The notes below the pieces were generated by a model. It did not search any database, was not told the DNA's origin, and saw nothing but the letters and a program-made list of their open reading frames with translations. The position numbers and the translations under genes are program-made. DNA of 64,000 nucleotides from Gammaproteobacteria bacterium (GTDB lineage: Bacteria > Pseudomonadota > Gammaproteobacteria > Pseudomonadales > Pseudohongiellaceae): assembly GCA_947457195.1 (NCBI GenBank), contig CANGUU010000007.1:2967-66966 (forward strand), written 5' to 3'. Below, in pieces: positions 35,044-44,625 of the stretch (positions are counted from its first letter, which is position 1; each line of letters begins with the position of its first letter).

Positions 35044-36683
35044 TGCGTGCCGGCGCCCTGCTGCGGCCCTGGCTCTGGCGCGCTGCCGGCGTGGCGCTGG
35101 CGCTCCTCGTGGCGCTGCCGCTGGCGGTGCTGTTTGCGGAGTGGGCCCACTTCGGCAGCGGCGAGCAGTTCATCTGGCAGCACCTGCTCGACACCAAGCT
35201 GGACCGGCTGGCGCTCAACACACTGCTGTTGCTGGCGGGCGTGGCGCTGGGAGTCGGGCTGGTCGGGGTGAGTCTGGCGGCGCTGGTCAGCCTCTGCGAG
35301 TTTCCGGGGCGGCGCTGGCTGGAGTGGGCGCTGCTGTTGCCGTTGGCGATCCCGGGCTACGTGATGGCCTTCGTGTTTCTCGGCCTCTTCAACTTTGCCG
35401 GCCCGCTGCAGACGGCGTGGCGGCAGTGGTTCGGTAGCAGCAGCGGCTTTCCCGACGTGCAGAGTCCACCCTTCGTGATCGCCGTGTTCACGCTGGTGCT
35501 ATACCCCTATGTCTACCTTCTGGTGCGCGCTGCGCTGCGGGCGCAGGGGCGGCAGTTGCTCGATGCCGCCCGCAGCCTCGGTTACTCGCCGCGCCGTGCC
35601 TTCCTGCACGTGCTGCTGCCGGTGGCGCGCCCGGCGATTGCCGGCGGCATCGCCCTGGTGCTCATGGAGACGCTGGCCGACTTCGGCGCGGTCAGCGTGT
35701 TCAACTACGACACATTCACCACGGCGATCTACAACGCCTGGTATGGGCTGTTCAATCTGGCGGTGGCCGCGCAGCTGGCGACGCTGCTGCTGGCCTTCGT
35801 GCTGGTGGCGCTGCTGCTCGAGCACTACAGCCGCCAAGGCGCTCGCTACACGCGCGACGAGCGCAGCCGTGACCTGCCGCGTTTTCCCCTGCGCGGATTG
35901 CAGGCGGTTGGCGCCACCCTGTGGTGCCTGCTCGTGCTGCTGGTGGCTTTCGTACTGCCGGTGGGGCAGTTGCTGCTGTGGGTCTTCGAGGCCGGCGTCG
36001 CCGAATACGACGACCGCTATCCCGAGTTCTTCGCCCACACGCTGGCGCTGGCCGCGCTGGCGGCCGTGGCGGCCGTGGCGGCGGCGCTGCTGCTGGCCCT
36101 GCTGCAGCGGCTGCCCGGCGGCCGCATCGCGCGCGGTCTGCAGGCACTCTGTACCCGGCTGGCCACGCTCGGCTACGCCTTGCCGGGTTCGGTACTGGCC
36201 GTGGGCATCCTGCTGGTGTTCGCCGGCGTCGACCGTGCGCTGGCCACGGTCGGCACCGGAACGACCCTCGTCGGCAGCGTGGTCGCCCTGCTGCTGGCCT
36301 ACCTCATGCGCTTCCTCGCCGTGGCCGTGGCGCCGGTGGAAACGGCGTTGGGGTCGGTGCGCCCGGCGCTGGTCGAAGCCGCCCGCAGCCTCGGCGTGGG
36401 CGGCGCACCGCTGCTGCGTCGGCTGGTCGTGCCCCTGCTGTGGCCCGGTCTCATGACGGCCGCGCTGCTGGTGTTCGTGGACGTGATGAAGGAAATGCCG
36501 GCCACGCTGATCCTGCGGCCCTTCGGCTGGGACACACTGGCCGTGCGCGTGTACCAGATGACCGCCGAAGGCCAGTGGCAGCGCGCGGCGCTGCCGGCGC
36601 TGACGCTGCTGCTGGCCGGTCTCGTGCCGGTGGTACTGCTGGTGAAAAACACCTTCGCCGCGCCGAAAAACCCCGGAATTTAA
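35043..36683 (+). CDS. Iron ABC transporter permease (duplicated 2 x 6-TM, FbpB-like)
   Basis: 546 aa, highly hydrophobic, with two internal repeats each carrying an EAA-like loop (LDAARSLGYSPRRAF and VEAARSLGVGGAPLL). The start overlaps the SBP stop. Confidence 0.85.
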   Translation: MRAGALLRPWLWRAAGVALALLVALPLAVLFAEWAHFGSGEQFIWQHLLDTKLDRLALNTLLLLAGVALGVGLVGVSLAALVSLCEFPGRRWLEWALLLPLAIPGYVMAFVFLGLFNFAGPLQTAWRQWFGSSSGFPDVQSPPFVIAVFTLVLYPYVYLLVRAALRAQGRQLLDAARSLGYSPRRAFLHVLLPVARPAIAGGIALVLMETLADFGAVSVFNYDTFTTAIYNAWYGLFNLAVAAQLATLLLAFVLVALLLEHYSRQGARYTRDERSRDLPRFPLRGLQAVGATLWCLLVLLVAFVLPVGQLLLWVFEAGVAEYDDRYPEFFAHTLALAALAAVAAVAAALLLALLQRLPGGRIARGLQALCTRLATLGYALPGSVLAVGILLVFAGVDRALATVGTGTTLVGSVVALLLAYLMRFLAVAVAPVETALGSVRPALVEAARSLGVGGAPLLRRLVVPLLWPGLMTAALLVFVDVMKEMPATLILRPFGWDTLAVRVYQMTAEGQWQRAALPALTLLLAGLVPVVLLVKNTFAAPKNPGI

Positions 36684-36780
36684 GCCTCCTCTGCAGCCGC
36701 GGAAAGCTGCCTTGCACGCCCCGGGGCAGTTGCCTATGATGCGGTGACGTTATTTTGGAAGGTTTTCCTGCTACCCACGC

Positions 36781-37167
36781 ATGAGCAACGCACCTGAGGG
36801 TTTGTACTATTCTGAGGCGCATGCCTGGCTGCAACTCGAGGATGGCAACACGGCCAGAATCGGCATCACCGATTTTGCCCAGCAGGCGCTCGGCGACGTC
36901 ATGCATGTGGAGCTGCCCGATCTCGCGCAGGTGGTCGCTGCCGGTGAGCAGGTGGTGCTGGTCGAGTCGGTCAAGACCGCCTCCGATGTGCCAAGCCCGG
37001 TGTCCGGCATCGTCGTGGCGGTCAATGAGGCGCTGCGCAAAACCCCCGAGCTGCTCAATACCTCTCCCTATGGCAACGGCTGGATTTACAGAATCCGTCT
37101 CAGCAACAAAGGTGATCTGCCGGACCTGCTCGATGCCGGCGCTTACCTCAGTACTTGTGCCGAGTGA
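36781..37167 (+). CDS. gcvH: Glycine cleavage system protein H
   Basis: 128 aa. Motifs are YSEAHAWL, GITDFAQQALGDV and the lipoyl-Lys motif VESVKTASD. Confidence 0.9.
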   Translation: MSNAPEGLYYSEAHAWLQLEDGNTARIGITDFAQQALGDVMHVELPDLAQVVAAGEQVVLVESVKTASDVPSPVSGIVVAVNEALRKTPELLNTSPYGNGWIYRIRLSNKGDLPDLLDAGAYLSTCAE

Positions 37168-37233
37168 ACCCGGCGCCCGGCGGCGGCTGCTCCCGGCGGG
37201 CAGCGCACCGCAGGGCAGGAACGGACTGGAATC

Positions 37234-37743
37234 GTGATAGACAGTGATGGCTACAGGCCCAATGTCGGGCTGATCATCTGCAACCCCGCCGGCAAGCTGC
37301 TGTGGGCCAAACGCGTGGGTCAGGATGCCTGGCAGTTCCCGCAGGGCGGCATCCAGCGCCACGAAAGCCCCGAAGCCGCCATGCTGCGTGAACTCAACGA
37401 AGAAGTCGGCCTCGAGCCGAGCGATGTGAGCGTGCTGGCCCGCACCAGCAGCTGGCTGCGCTACCGGCTGCCGGCCCATCTGGTGCGGCAACGGGCCGCG
37501 CCGGTGTGCATCGGCCAAAAACAGCTTTGGTTCCTGCTGAAGCTGGTGGGCGACAGCGGCCGCATCCGTTTCGACCGCGGCCACAAGGCCGAGTTCGAGG
37601 CCGTGCGCTGGATCGACTACTGGACCGCCGCCGACGAAGTGGTGGCCTTCAAGCAGGAAGTCTACCGGCTCGCCCTCGGTGAGCTGGAGTCGACTTACCG
37701 GCAATTACTGGCGCAGGCCGCAGAAGACAGCGGCGGCGTCTGA
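37234..37743 (+). CDS. rppH: RNA pyrophosphohydrolase (Nudix)
   Basis: The start is GTG. Motifs are [11 protein letters not shown] and the Nudix box [23 protein letters not shown]. It is followed by ptsP, as in many gammaproteobacteria. Confidence 0.92.
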   Translation: MIDSDGYRPNVGLIICNPAGKLLWAKRVGQDAWQFPQGGIQRHESPEAAMLRELNEEVGLEPSDVSVLARTSSWLRYRLPAHLVRQRAAPVCIGQKQLWFLLKLVGDSGRIRFDRGHKAEFEAVRWIDYWTAADEVVAFKQEVYRLALGELESTYRQLLAQAAEDSGGV

Positions 37744-37867
37744 TCGCCCGGCCGCAGGCTGCGGTCTGCCGAGCACCGGTGGCGCCTCGGCGTAGCGCTG
37801 CCATCCGCCGTCGGCCCGTTGCGGGCTGGCCTTGTTCCACCACCCACCAGGATGGCCTCGCCGACCC

Positions 37868-40141
37868 ATGCTCGACACCCTGCACAGCATCATGACCGAG
37901 GTGAATGGCGCGCGTGATCTCGACGCCACGCTGGACATCCTCGTCCGCCGCGTGCGCGCGGCGCTGCAGACCCGCGTCTGCTCCGTGTACCTGCTCGACC
38001 GGTCCAGCGGCCGCTACGTGCTGCTGGCGAGCCAGGGTCTGGACCCCGCCGCCGTCGGCAAGGTCAGTCTGGCGCCGCAGGAGGGTCTGGTGGGACTGGT
38101 GGCACAGCGCGCCGAGCCGGTGAATCTCGAAGTCGCCCGCGAGCACCCGCGCTACTACTACTTGCCGGAAACCCGCGAGGAGGAATACGAATCCTTCCTC
38201 GGCGTGCCGGTGATCCAGCACGCGCAGGTGCTGGGCGTGCTGGTGGTGCAGCAGCAGCAGCGCCGCAAATTCAGCCGTGAAGACGAGGCCTTTCTCATCA
38301 CCTTGTCGGCGCAACTGGCCCCGGTGATCGCGCTGGCAGAATCGAAGGTGGCGGCCCAGCGCGGTAACCCGGTCGGCAAGCCGGCCCGCGATCCCGTTTT
38401 TGCGGGCGTGCCGGGTGCGCCCGGCGTGGCCATCGCCCAGGCGATGACGGTGTTCATTCCTGCCGATCTCGGCGCCATTCCTACGCGCCCCTGCGGCGAT
38501 ATTGCCGCCGAGGTGCGCTTCTTCAATGATTGTCTGGAAACCGTGCGGCAGGACATCAGCGAGCTGAAGATCAAGATCAAGGGCCAGCTACGGCCGGAGG
38601 AGCGCGAACTTTTCGATGCCTACCTGCACATGCTGGCCGACAGCGCGCTTGGCGTCGAGGTGGTTGCTCTGATCGAGCAGGGCAACTGGGCACAGGGGGC
38701 ACTCGCCCAAGTGGCGCGCCAGCACATCAACAACTTTGCCAGCATCGACGACGACTACCTGCGCGAACGTGCCACCGATATCAAGGATCTCTGCTCGCGC
38801 GTGCTGTATTACCTGCAGGAGCAGCAGAAGAAGCAGCGCGTCTACCCCGAGCGCTGCATCCTGGTGTGCGAGGCGCTGTCGGCCGCCATGCTGGCGGACG
38901 TGCCGAAGGGTCAGCTGGTCGGGGTGGTCTCTGCCGAAGGCTCGGCCCATTCCCACGTGGCCATCCTCGCCAAGGCCATGGGCATGCCCGCCGTCATGGG
39001 CGTCGCCGACTTCCCCTTTGCCGAGCTCGATGGCCACGAGCTGATCGTGGATGGCCACCATGGCCGGGTCTACAGCGACCCCTCCGAGGCGCTGCGCCAG
39101 CGCTACCAGCAAATCGTGCGCGAAGAGGTGCAGCTCACCGAAGAACTGGAAATGCTTCGCGACCTGCCCTGCGAAACCCGTGACGGGTATCGTGTGGCCT
39201 TGTGGGTCAACACCGGCCTGCTGACCGACGTGCTGCGCTCGCGCGAACGCGGCGCCGAAGGCATTGGCCTGTTCCGCACCGAAGTCCCCTTCATGCTACG
39301 CGAAAGCTTCCCGACCGAAGACGAGCAGACCGAGATCTACCGCGAGCAGCTGCAAGCCTTCCATCCCAAGCAAGTGACCATGCGCACGCTCGACATCGGC
39401 GGTGACAAGCCGCTGCCCTATTTTCCGATCGACGAGGCCAACCCTTACCTCGGCTGGCGCGGGATCCGCGTCAGCATGGACCACCCCGAGCTGTTTCTGG
39501 CGCAGGTGCGCGCCATGCTGCGGGCCAGCGTGGGCCTCGACAACCTGCAGATCCTGCTGCCGATGATCAGCAAGGTCGGTGAGATCGACAGCGCGCTGCT
39601 GCTCATCCGCCGCGCCCAGCGTGAACTGTTCGAGGAAGGCTACGCCGTGCGGACGCCGCCGATCGGCGTGATGATCGAGGTGCCGGCCATGGCCTGGCAG
39701 ATCGATGCGATCGTGCGCCGTGCTGACTTCATTTCCGTGGGCAGCAACGATCTCACGCAGTACATGCTCGCTGTCGATCGCAACAATCCGCGCGTCACCG
39801 GCCTGTTCTCGCACCTGCACCCGGCCGTGCTGCGCGTGCTGCACAAGATCGCCGGTGAGGTGACGGCCGCCGGCAAGCGACTCAGCATCTGTGGCGAAAT
39901 GGCCGGTAGTCCGGCGGCGTCCGTCCTGTTGATGGCGATGGGCTTCGACATCCTGTCGATGAATGCCACCAATCTGCAGCGGGTGAAGGCATTGCTGCGC
40001 GACGTCACGTTGGTGCAGGCCCAGCGCCTGCTCGAGCATGCGTTGCAGCAGGAGGACTCCGAGGCCGTCGAAACGTTGCTGGAGGAAGCACTGCAGGGTC
40101 TGGGCGTGAGCCGGCTCCTGCAGGCAGCGCGCGAGGGCTGA
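37868..40141 (+). CDS. ptsP: Phosphoenolpyruvate-protein phosphotransferase PtsP (EI-Ntr, GAF-containing)
   Basis: 757 aa from ATG 37868. It has an N-terminal GAF domain, the phospho-His region GSAHSHVAILAKAMGMPAV, and the motifs GIGLFRTE and GSNDLTQY. Confidence 0.92.
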   Translation: MLDTLHSIMTEVNGARDLDATLDILVRRVRAALQTRVCSVYLLDRSSGRYVLLASQGLDPAAVGKVSLAPQEGLVGLVAQRAEPVNLEVAREHPRYYYLPETREEEYESFLGVPVIQHAQVLGVLVVQQQQRRKFSREDEAFLITLSAQLAPVIALAESKVAAQRGNPVGKPARDPVFAGVPGAPGVAIAQAMTVFIPADLGAIPTRPCGDIAAEVRFFNDCLETVRQDISELKIKIKGQLRPEERELFDAYLHMLADSALGVEVVALIEQGNWAQGALAQVARQHINNFASIDDDYLRERATDIKDLCSRVLYYLQEQQKKQRVYPERCILVCEALSAAMLADVPKGQLVGVVSAEGSAHSHVAILAKAMGMPAVMGVADFPFAELDGHELIVDGHHGRVYSDPSEALRQRYQQIVREEVQLTEELEMLRDLPCETRDGYRVALWVNTGLLTDVLRSRERGAEGIGLFRTEVPFMLRESFPTEDEQTEIYREQLQAFHPKQVTMRTLDIGGDKPLPYFPIDEANPYLGWRGIRVSMDHPELFLAQVRAMLRASVGLDNLQILLPMISKVGEIDSALLLIRRAQRELFEEGYAVRTPPIGVMIEVPAMAWQIDAIVRRADFISVGSNDLTQYMLAVDRNNPRVTGLFSHLHPAVLRVLHKIAGEVTAAGKRLSICGEMAGSPAASVLLMAMGFDILSMNATNLQRVKALLRDVTLVQAQRLLEHALQQEDSEAVETLLEEALQGLGVSRLLQAAREG

Positions 40142-40205
40142 ACGCGCCCCCCGCGCTTATCCCTGCGTTTGGCGGTACCGAACACCGGCAGCGGAGGAGC
40201 CGCCC

Positions 40206-42425
40206 ATGACGACTGCACGCAAGGTCCCCGAACTGACGCTGGAGGTGCAGGGTATGTCCTGTGCTTCCTGCGTTGCCCATGTCGAAAAAGCCCTGCTCGC
40301 CGTCCCGGGCGTCAGTGACGCCAGTGTGAACCTGGCGCTGCAGACCGCCAGTGTGCGGGGCCCTGCCTTGCAGATCAGGCCGCTGGTGGACGCCGTGGAG
40401 GCCGCCGGCTATCACGCCAGCGTGCGGGATCCGGCAACAACGGCCGGGCACACGGCGGCAACACTGCCCGAGCGGCGGGCATTCTGGATCGCAGCGCTGC
40501 TCAGCGCTCCCCTGCTGCTGCCCATGTTGGCCCAGTGGCTGGGGTGGCACCTGATGCTCGGCGGTACGCTGCAGTGGGTGCTTGCCACACCGGTGCAGTT
40601 CTGGGCGGGCTGGCGCTTCTACCGCGGCGCCTGGGCGGCGCTGCAGCACCACACGGCCACCATGGACACGCTGGTGACACTCGGGACTTCCGCGGCCTAC
40701 GGGCTCTCCCTGGTGCATGTCCTGCGCGGTGGTGGCCCGGATGTCCTGTACTTCGAGGCAGGCTCCACGGTGATCACGCTGATCCTGCTGGGCAAGTGGC
40801 TGGAGGCGCGCGCACGCCACCAGACCATGGCCGCCATCCGCGCGCTGCAGAACCTGCGGCCAGCGCTGGCGTGGGTTCGCGGTGAAGCCGGGGAGCGCGA
40901 AGTACCAGCCGCTGACCTGCGCGTAGGCGACCTGCTGCTCGTGCGGCCCGGCGAGCGTGTCGCCGCTGACGGCGAGATCGTCAGTGGCAGCAGCCATCTC
41001 GACGAAGCACTCCTCACGGGCGAGAGCACGCCACAGCTGCGCGAGGCGGGCGCGCGGGTGCTGGGCGGTGCGATCAATCTCGACGGCCCGCTGGAGGTGC
41101 GCGTCGCTGCCATCGGGGCCGAAACCCTGCTCGCCCGCATCCTCCGGCTGGTCGAACAGGCCCAGACCCGCAAGGCGCCGGTCCAGCAACTGGCCGATCG
41201 CGTCAGCGCGCTGATGGTGCCGGCCGTGCTGTGTGTGGCGGGGCTCACGCTGCTTGGGTGGGGCTGGGGTGCTAGCCACTGGGAACAGGGCATCCTCAAC
41301 GCCGTGTCCGTCCTCATCATCGCCTGCCCCTGCGCACTCGGTCTCGCCACGCCAACGGCCCTGCTGGCCGGCACTGGCATCGCGGCGCAGCATGGCATCC
41401 TGATTCGCGATGCCGCCGCACTCGAACGTGCTCGCGCGCTCGACGTGGTTGCCTTCGACAAGACCGGCACGCTGACGCAGGGGCGGCCGCGCGTGCGCTA
41501 CACACTGGCCGCCGACGGCAGTGAGACGGAAGTGCTGCGTATCGCCGCGGCGCTGCAGCGCGGCAGCGAGCACCCATTGGCGGGCGCGGTGCAGCAGGCT
41601 GCGCAGCGGTCGCGGTTGGTGCTGCCGGCAGTCCAGGGCCTCCAGACCTTGCCCGGGCGTGGCGTGACCGCTGAACTCGAGGGCCGTCGCTGCTGGTTCG
41701 GCAACCGGCGATTGCTGGAAGACGTCGGTGTGCCGCCCGCGGCGATCGCCGCGCTGGGCGCGCGGCTGCCGACTGGCTTGACCAGTTCCTGGCTGGCCCG
41801 ACGTGAGCCGCAGGGGGTGGTGCTGCTGGGAGCCGTGCTGTTCGAGGATACCCTGCGCGAGACCGCCGGCGCGGCTGTCGCCGCCTTGCGCACACTCGGC
41901 ATCCACACGCTCATGCTCAGTGGCGACAACCAGGCGGTAGCCGATGCCATCGCCGTCGCAGTCGGTCTCGACGAGGTGAGGGCCAATGTGCTGCCAGAGC
42001 AGAAGGCGGAGATCTTGGCGGAGCTGCAGCAGCAAGGCAGGGTCGTCGGCATGGTCGGTGATGGCATCAACGATGCGCCGGCCCTGGCGCAGGCCGATGT
42101 CGGGATCGCCATGGGGGCCGGCACCGATGTCGCCATGCAGACCGCAGGCATCACCCTCATGCGCAGCGACCCGCTCTGCGTCGCTGATGCGATCGCCATC
42201 TCCCGGCAGACCTGTCGAAAGATCCGCCAGAATCTTTTCTGGGCCTTCGTCTATAACCTGCTGGGGATACCGTTGGCAGCATTCGGCCTGCTGAGCCCGA
42301 TGCTCGCCGGCGCCCTCATGGCCCTCAGCAGTGTCAGCGTGGTCAGCAACGCCCTGCTGCTGCGCTACTGGCGTCCTTACCGCCGGCCCCGGTCCGCGCC
42401 GGTGACCGGTTCACCCGCACCCTGA
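40206..42425 (+). CDS. copA: Copper-translocating P1B-type ATPase
   Basis: The N-terminal HMA domain carries MSCASCV. Other motifs are the TM CPC motif (IIACPCALGLATP), FDKTGTLT and GDGINDAPAL. Confidence 0.9.
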   Translation: MTTARKVPELTLEVQGMSCASCVAHVEKALLAVPGVSDASVNLALQTASVRGPALQIRPLVDAVEAAGYHASVRDPATTAGHTAATLPERRAFWIAALLSAPLLLPMLAQWLGWHLMLGGTLQWVLATPVQFWAGWRFYRGAWAALQHHTATMDTLVTLGTSAAYGLSLVHVLRGGGPDVLYFEAGSTVITLILLGKWLEARARHQTMAAIRALQNLRPALAWVRGEAGEREVPAADLRVGDLLLVRPGERVAADGEIVSGSSHLDEALLTGESTPQLREAGARVLGGAINLDGPLEVRVAAIGAETLLARILRLVEQAQTRKAPVQQLADRVSALMVPAVLCVAGLTLLGWGWGASHWEQGILNAVSVLIIACPCALGLATPTALLAGTGIAAQHGILIRDAAALERARALDVVAFDKTGTLTQGRPRVRYTLAADGSETEVLRIAAALQRGSEHPLAGAVQQAAQRSRLVLPAVQGLQTLPGRGVTAELEGRRCWFGNRRLLEDVGVPPAAIAALGARLPTGLTSSWLARREPQGVVLLGAVLFEDTLRETAGAAVAALRTLGIHTLMLSGDNQAVADAIAVAVGLDEVRANVLPEQKAEILAELQQQGRVVGMVGDGINDAPALAQADVGIAMGAGTDVAMQTAGITLMRSDPLCVADAIAISRQTCRKIRQNLFWAFVYNLLGIPLAAFGLLSPMLAGALMALSSVSVVSNALLLRYWRPYRRPRSAPVTGSPAP

Positions 42426-42518
42426 ACCACTGCCCCGTGCGCGGGCCGCGCTACGGACCAGGCGCCGCTTGCCGCTATACTCGGCTGCTGTCCCCTTCAC
42501 TGCCTGGGCGCTGTTGAC

Positions 42519-43313
42519 ATGCTCATCCTGCCCGCAATAGACCCGGTGGCGCTGGCCCTCGGTCCGCTGCAGATCCGCTGGTATGCCCTGACCTACCTGT
42601 TTGGCTTTGCCATGGCCTGGTGGCTGGGCACGCGCCGCGCCGCGCGTCCCGACTCCGGGTGGACGCCGCAGCAACTCGGCGACCTCATCACCAATGGCAT
42701 GCTGGGCGTGATCCTCGGCGGCCGCATCGGCTACGTGCTGTTCTATGACCTCGCCGGCGTGCTCGCCGACCCCCTGAAGATCGTGCGGGTGTGGGAGGGC
42801 GGCATGTCCTTCCACGGGGGCTTTCTCGGTGTGCTGGTGGCCGTGGCCTGGTATGCGCGCAGTGTCGGCAAGGATCTGCGTGACGTGCTCGACTTCGTGG
42901 CACCGCTTACCCCGCTCGGTCTCGGGGCGGGCCGCCTGGGCAACTTCATCAACGGCGAGCTGTGGGGCCGCCCCACCGATGTCGCCTGGGCCACGGTGTT
43001 TCCGCAAGACCCCAGTCAGCTACCGCGGCATCCATCGCAGCTCTATCAGTTCTTCCTCGAAGCGGTGGTGCTGTTCGTGGTGCTCTGGTGGTTCTCCAGC
43101 ACCCCGCGGCCACGCTTTGCCGTCGGCGGCCTGTTCTGCCTCGGCTACGGGCTGCAGCGCTTCGCCATCGAGTTCTTCCGTCAGCCCGACGCCCAGCTCA
43201 ATTTCGTGATGTTCGACTGGATGACGCGTGGCCAGCAGCTGTCCATTCCGATGATCGTGGCGGGCGTGGCGATCCTGGTGTGGGCCTATCGCCAGCCGGC
43301 GCGGGGGGTCTGA
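42519..43313 (+). CDS. lgt: Prolipoprotein diacylglyceryl transferase
   Basis: 264 aa. Motifs are [40 protein letters not shown] and HPSQLYQF. Confidence 0.92.
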   Translation: MLILPAIDPVALALGPLQIRWYALTYLFGFAMAWWLGTRRAARPDSGWTPQQLGDLITNGMLGVILGGRIGYVLFYDLAGVLADPLKIVRVWEGGMSFHGGFLGVLVAVAWYARSVGKDLRDVLDFVAPLTPLGLGAGRLGNFINGELWGRPTDVAWATVFPQDPSQLPRHPSQLYQFFLEAVVLFVVLWWFSSTPRPRFAVGGLFCLGYGLQRFAIEFFRQPDAQLNFVMFDWMTRGQQLSIPMIVAGVAILVWAYRQPARGV

Positions 43314-44107
43314 TGCAGCAATACCACGACCTCATGCGCCGCATTCTCGCCGAGGGTGTGCGCAAGCAGGACCGCACCGGCACCGGTACGCTGTCGGTGT
43401 TCGGGCACCAGCTCCGCTTCGACTTGCAGCAGGGCTTTCCGCTCGTCACCACCAAGAAGCTGCACCTGCGCTCGATCATCCACGAGCTGCTGTGGTTCCT
43501 CAGCGGCGACACCAACATCAAATACCTGAAAGAAAACGGCGTCAGCATCTGGGACGAATGGGCCGACGCCAACGGCGACCTCGGTCCGGTCTATGGTCGC
43601 CAGTGGCGCGCCTGGCCCGGCAAGGACGGCGGCACCATCGACCAGATCAGCAAGGTAGTGCATAGCATCAAGCACAACCCCGATTCGCGTCGCCACATGG
43701 TGGTCGCCTACAACCCCACCTTTGTCGACGAGATGGCGCTGCCGCCCTGCCATTCGCTGTTCCAGTTCTACGTGGCCAACGGCAGGCTCTCGTGCCAGCT
43801 CTACCAGCGCTCGGCCGATGTGTTTCTCGGCGTGCCGTTCAACATCGCCTCCTACGCGCTGCTGACGCACCTCATGGCGCAGCAGTGCGATCTGGGGGTG
43901 GGGGACTTCGTGTGGACAGGGGGCGATACCCATCTGTACCTCAACCACCTGGAGCAGGTGCAGACCCAGCTGGCGCGCACGCCCTACCCGCTGCCACAGC
44001 TGCTCATCAAGCACAGACCGCCGAGCGTCTTCGACTACCGCTTCGACGACGTGGAAATCGTGAACTACCAGTGCCACCCGCCGATCAGTGCGCCGGTGGC
44101 GGTATGA
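43313..44107 (+). CDS. thyA: Thymidylate synthase
   Basis: 264 aa. Motifs are [27 protein letters not shown], the catalytic Cys in [12 protein letters not shown], and DTHLYLNH. Confidence 0.95.
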   Translation: MQQYHDLMRRILAEGVRKQDRTGTGTLSVFGHQLRFDLQQGFPLVTTKKLHLRSIIHELLWFLSGDTNIKYLKENGVSIWDEWADANGDLGPVYGRQWRAWPGKDGGTIDQISKVVHSIKHNPDSRRHMVVAYNPTFVDEMALPPCHSLFQFYVANGRLSCQLYQRSADVFLGVPFNIASYALLTHLMAQQCDLGVGDFVWTGGDTHLYLNHLEQVQTQLARTPYPLPQLLIKHRPPSVFDYRFDDVEIVNYQCHPPISAPVAV

Positions 44108-44625
44108 ACATCGCCCTCATCGTCGCCGCCGCCCGTAATCGCGCCATCGGTCTCAACAACCGGATGCCGTGGCACCTGCCGGAAGACCTCAAGTATTTCA
44201 AGCGCGTCACGCTCGGCAAGCCCGTCATCATGGGTCGCAACACCTTCGAGTCCATCGGCAGGCCGCTGCCCGGTCGCCCCAACATCGTCATCAGCCGCAA
44301 TGCCGGCTACCAGGCGGCAGGTGTCACGCTGGTCACCTCGCTGGCGGAAGCACTCTCCGCTGCCGAGCGCCTGCTGCCCGCCGGTCAGGACGAAGTCATG
44401 GTGATCGGTGGCGCGCAGATCTACGCGCAGGCGCTCCCGCTGGCCAGCCGGCTCTACCTGACTGAGGTCGACGCCGAGCCCGAGGCGGATGCTTTCTTCC
44501 CGCCGCTCGACCGGCAGGTCTGGCGTGAGACCGCACGCGCGCGACACCCGGCCTGCGACCGCAATCCCCATGCCTACAGTTTCGTGGTGCTGGAGCGACA
44601 TGCCGAGGCGAGTCCCCATGCCTGA
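44104..44625 (+). CDS. folA: Dihydrofolate reductase
   Basis: 173 aa, with an ATGA overlap to thyA. Motifs are [55 protein letters not shown] and VIGGAQIY. Confidence 0.92.
   Translation: MNIALIVAAARNRAIGLNNRMPWHLPEDLKYFKRVTLGKPVIMGRNTFESIGRPLPGRPNIVISRNAGYQAAGVTLVTSLAEALSAAERLLPAGQDEVMVIGGAQIYAQALPLASRLYLTEVDAEPEADAFFPPLDRQVWRETARARHPACDRNPHAYSFVVLERHAEASPHA

Noticed and set aside
40142-40205. A MerR/CueR-type operator or a neighbouring copper regulator for copA.
   Set aside because: The spacer is only 64 bp and I saw no long-spacer (19-20 bp) -35/-10 promoter or dyad. No regulator gene is adjacent.
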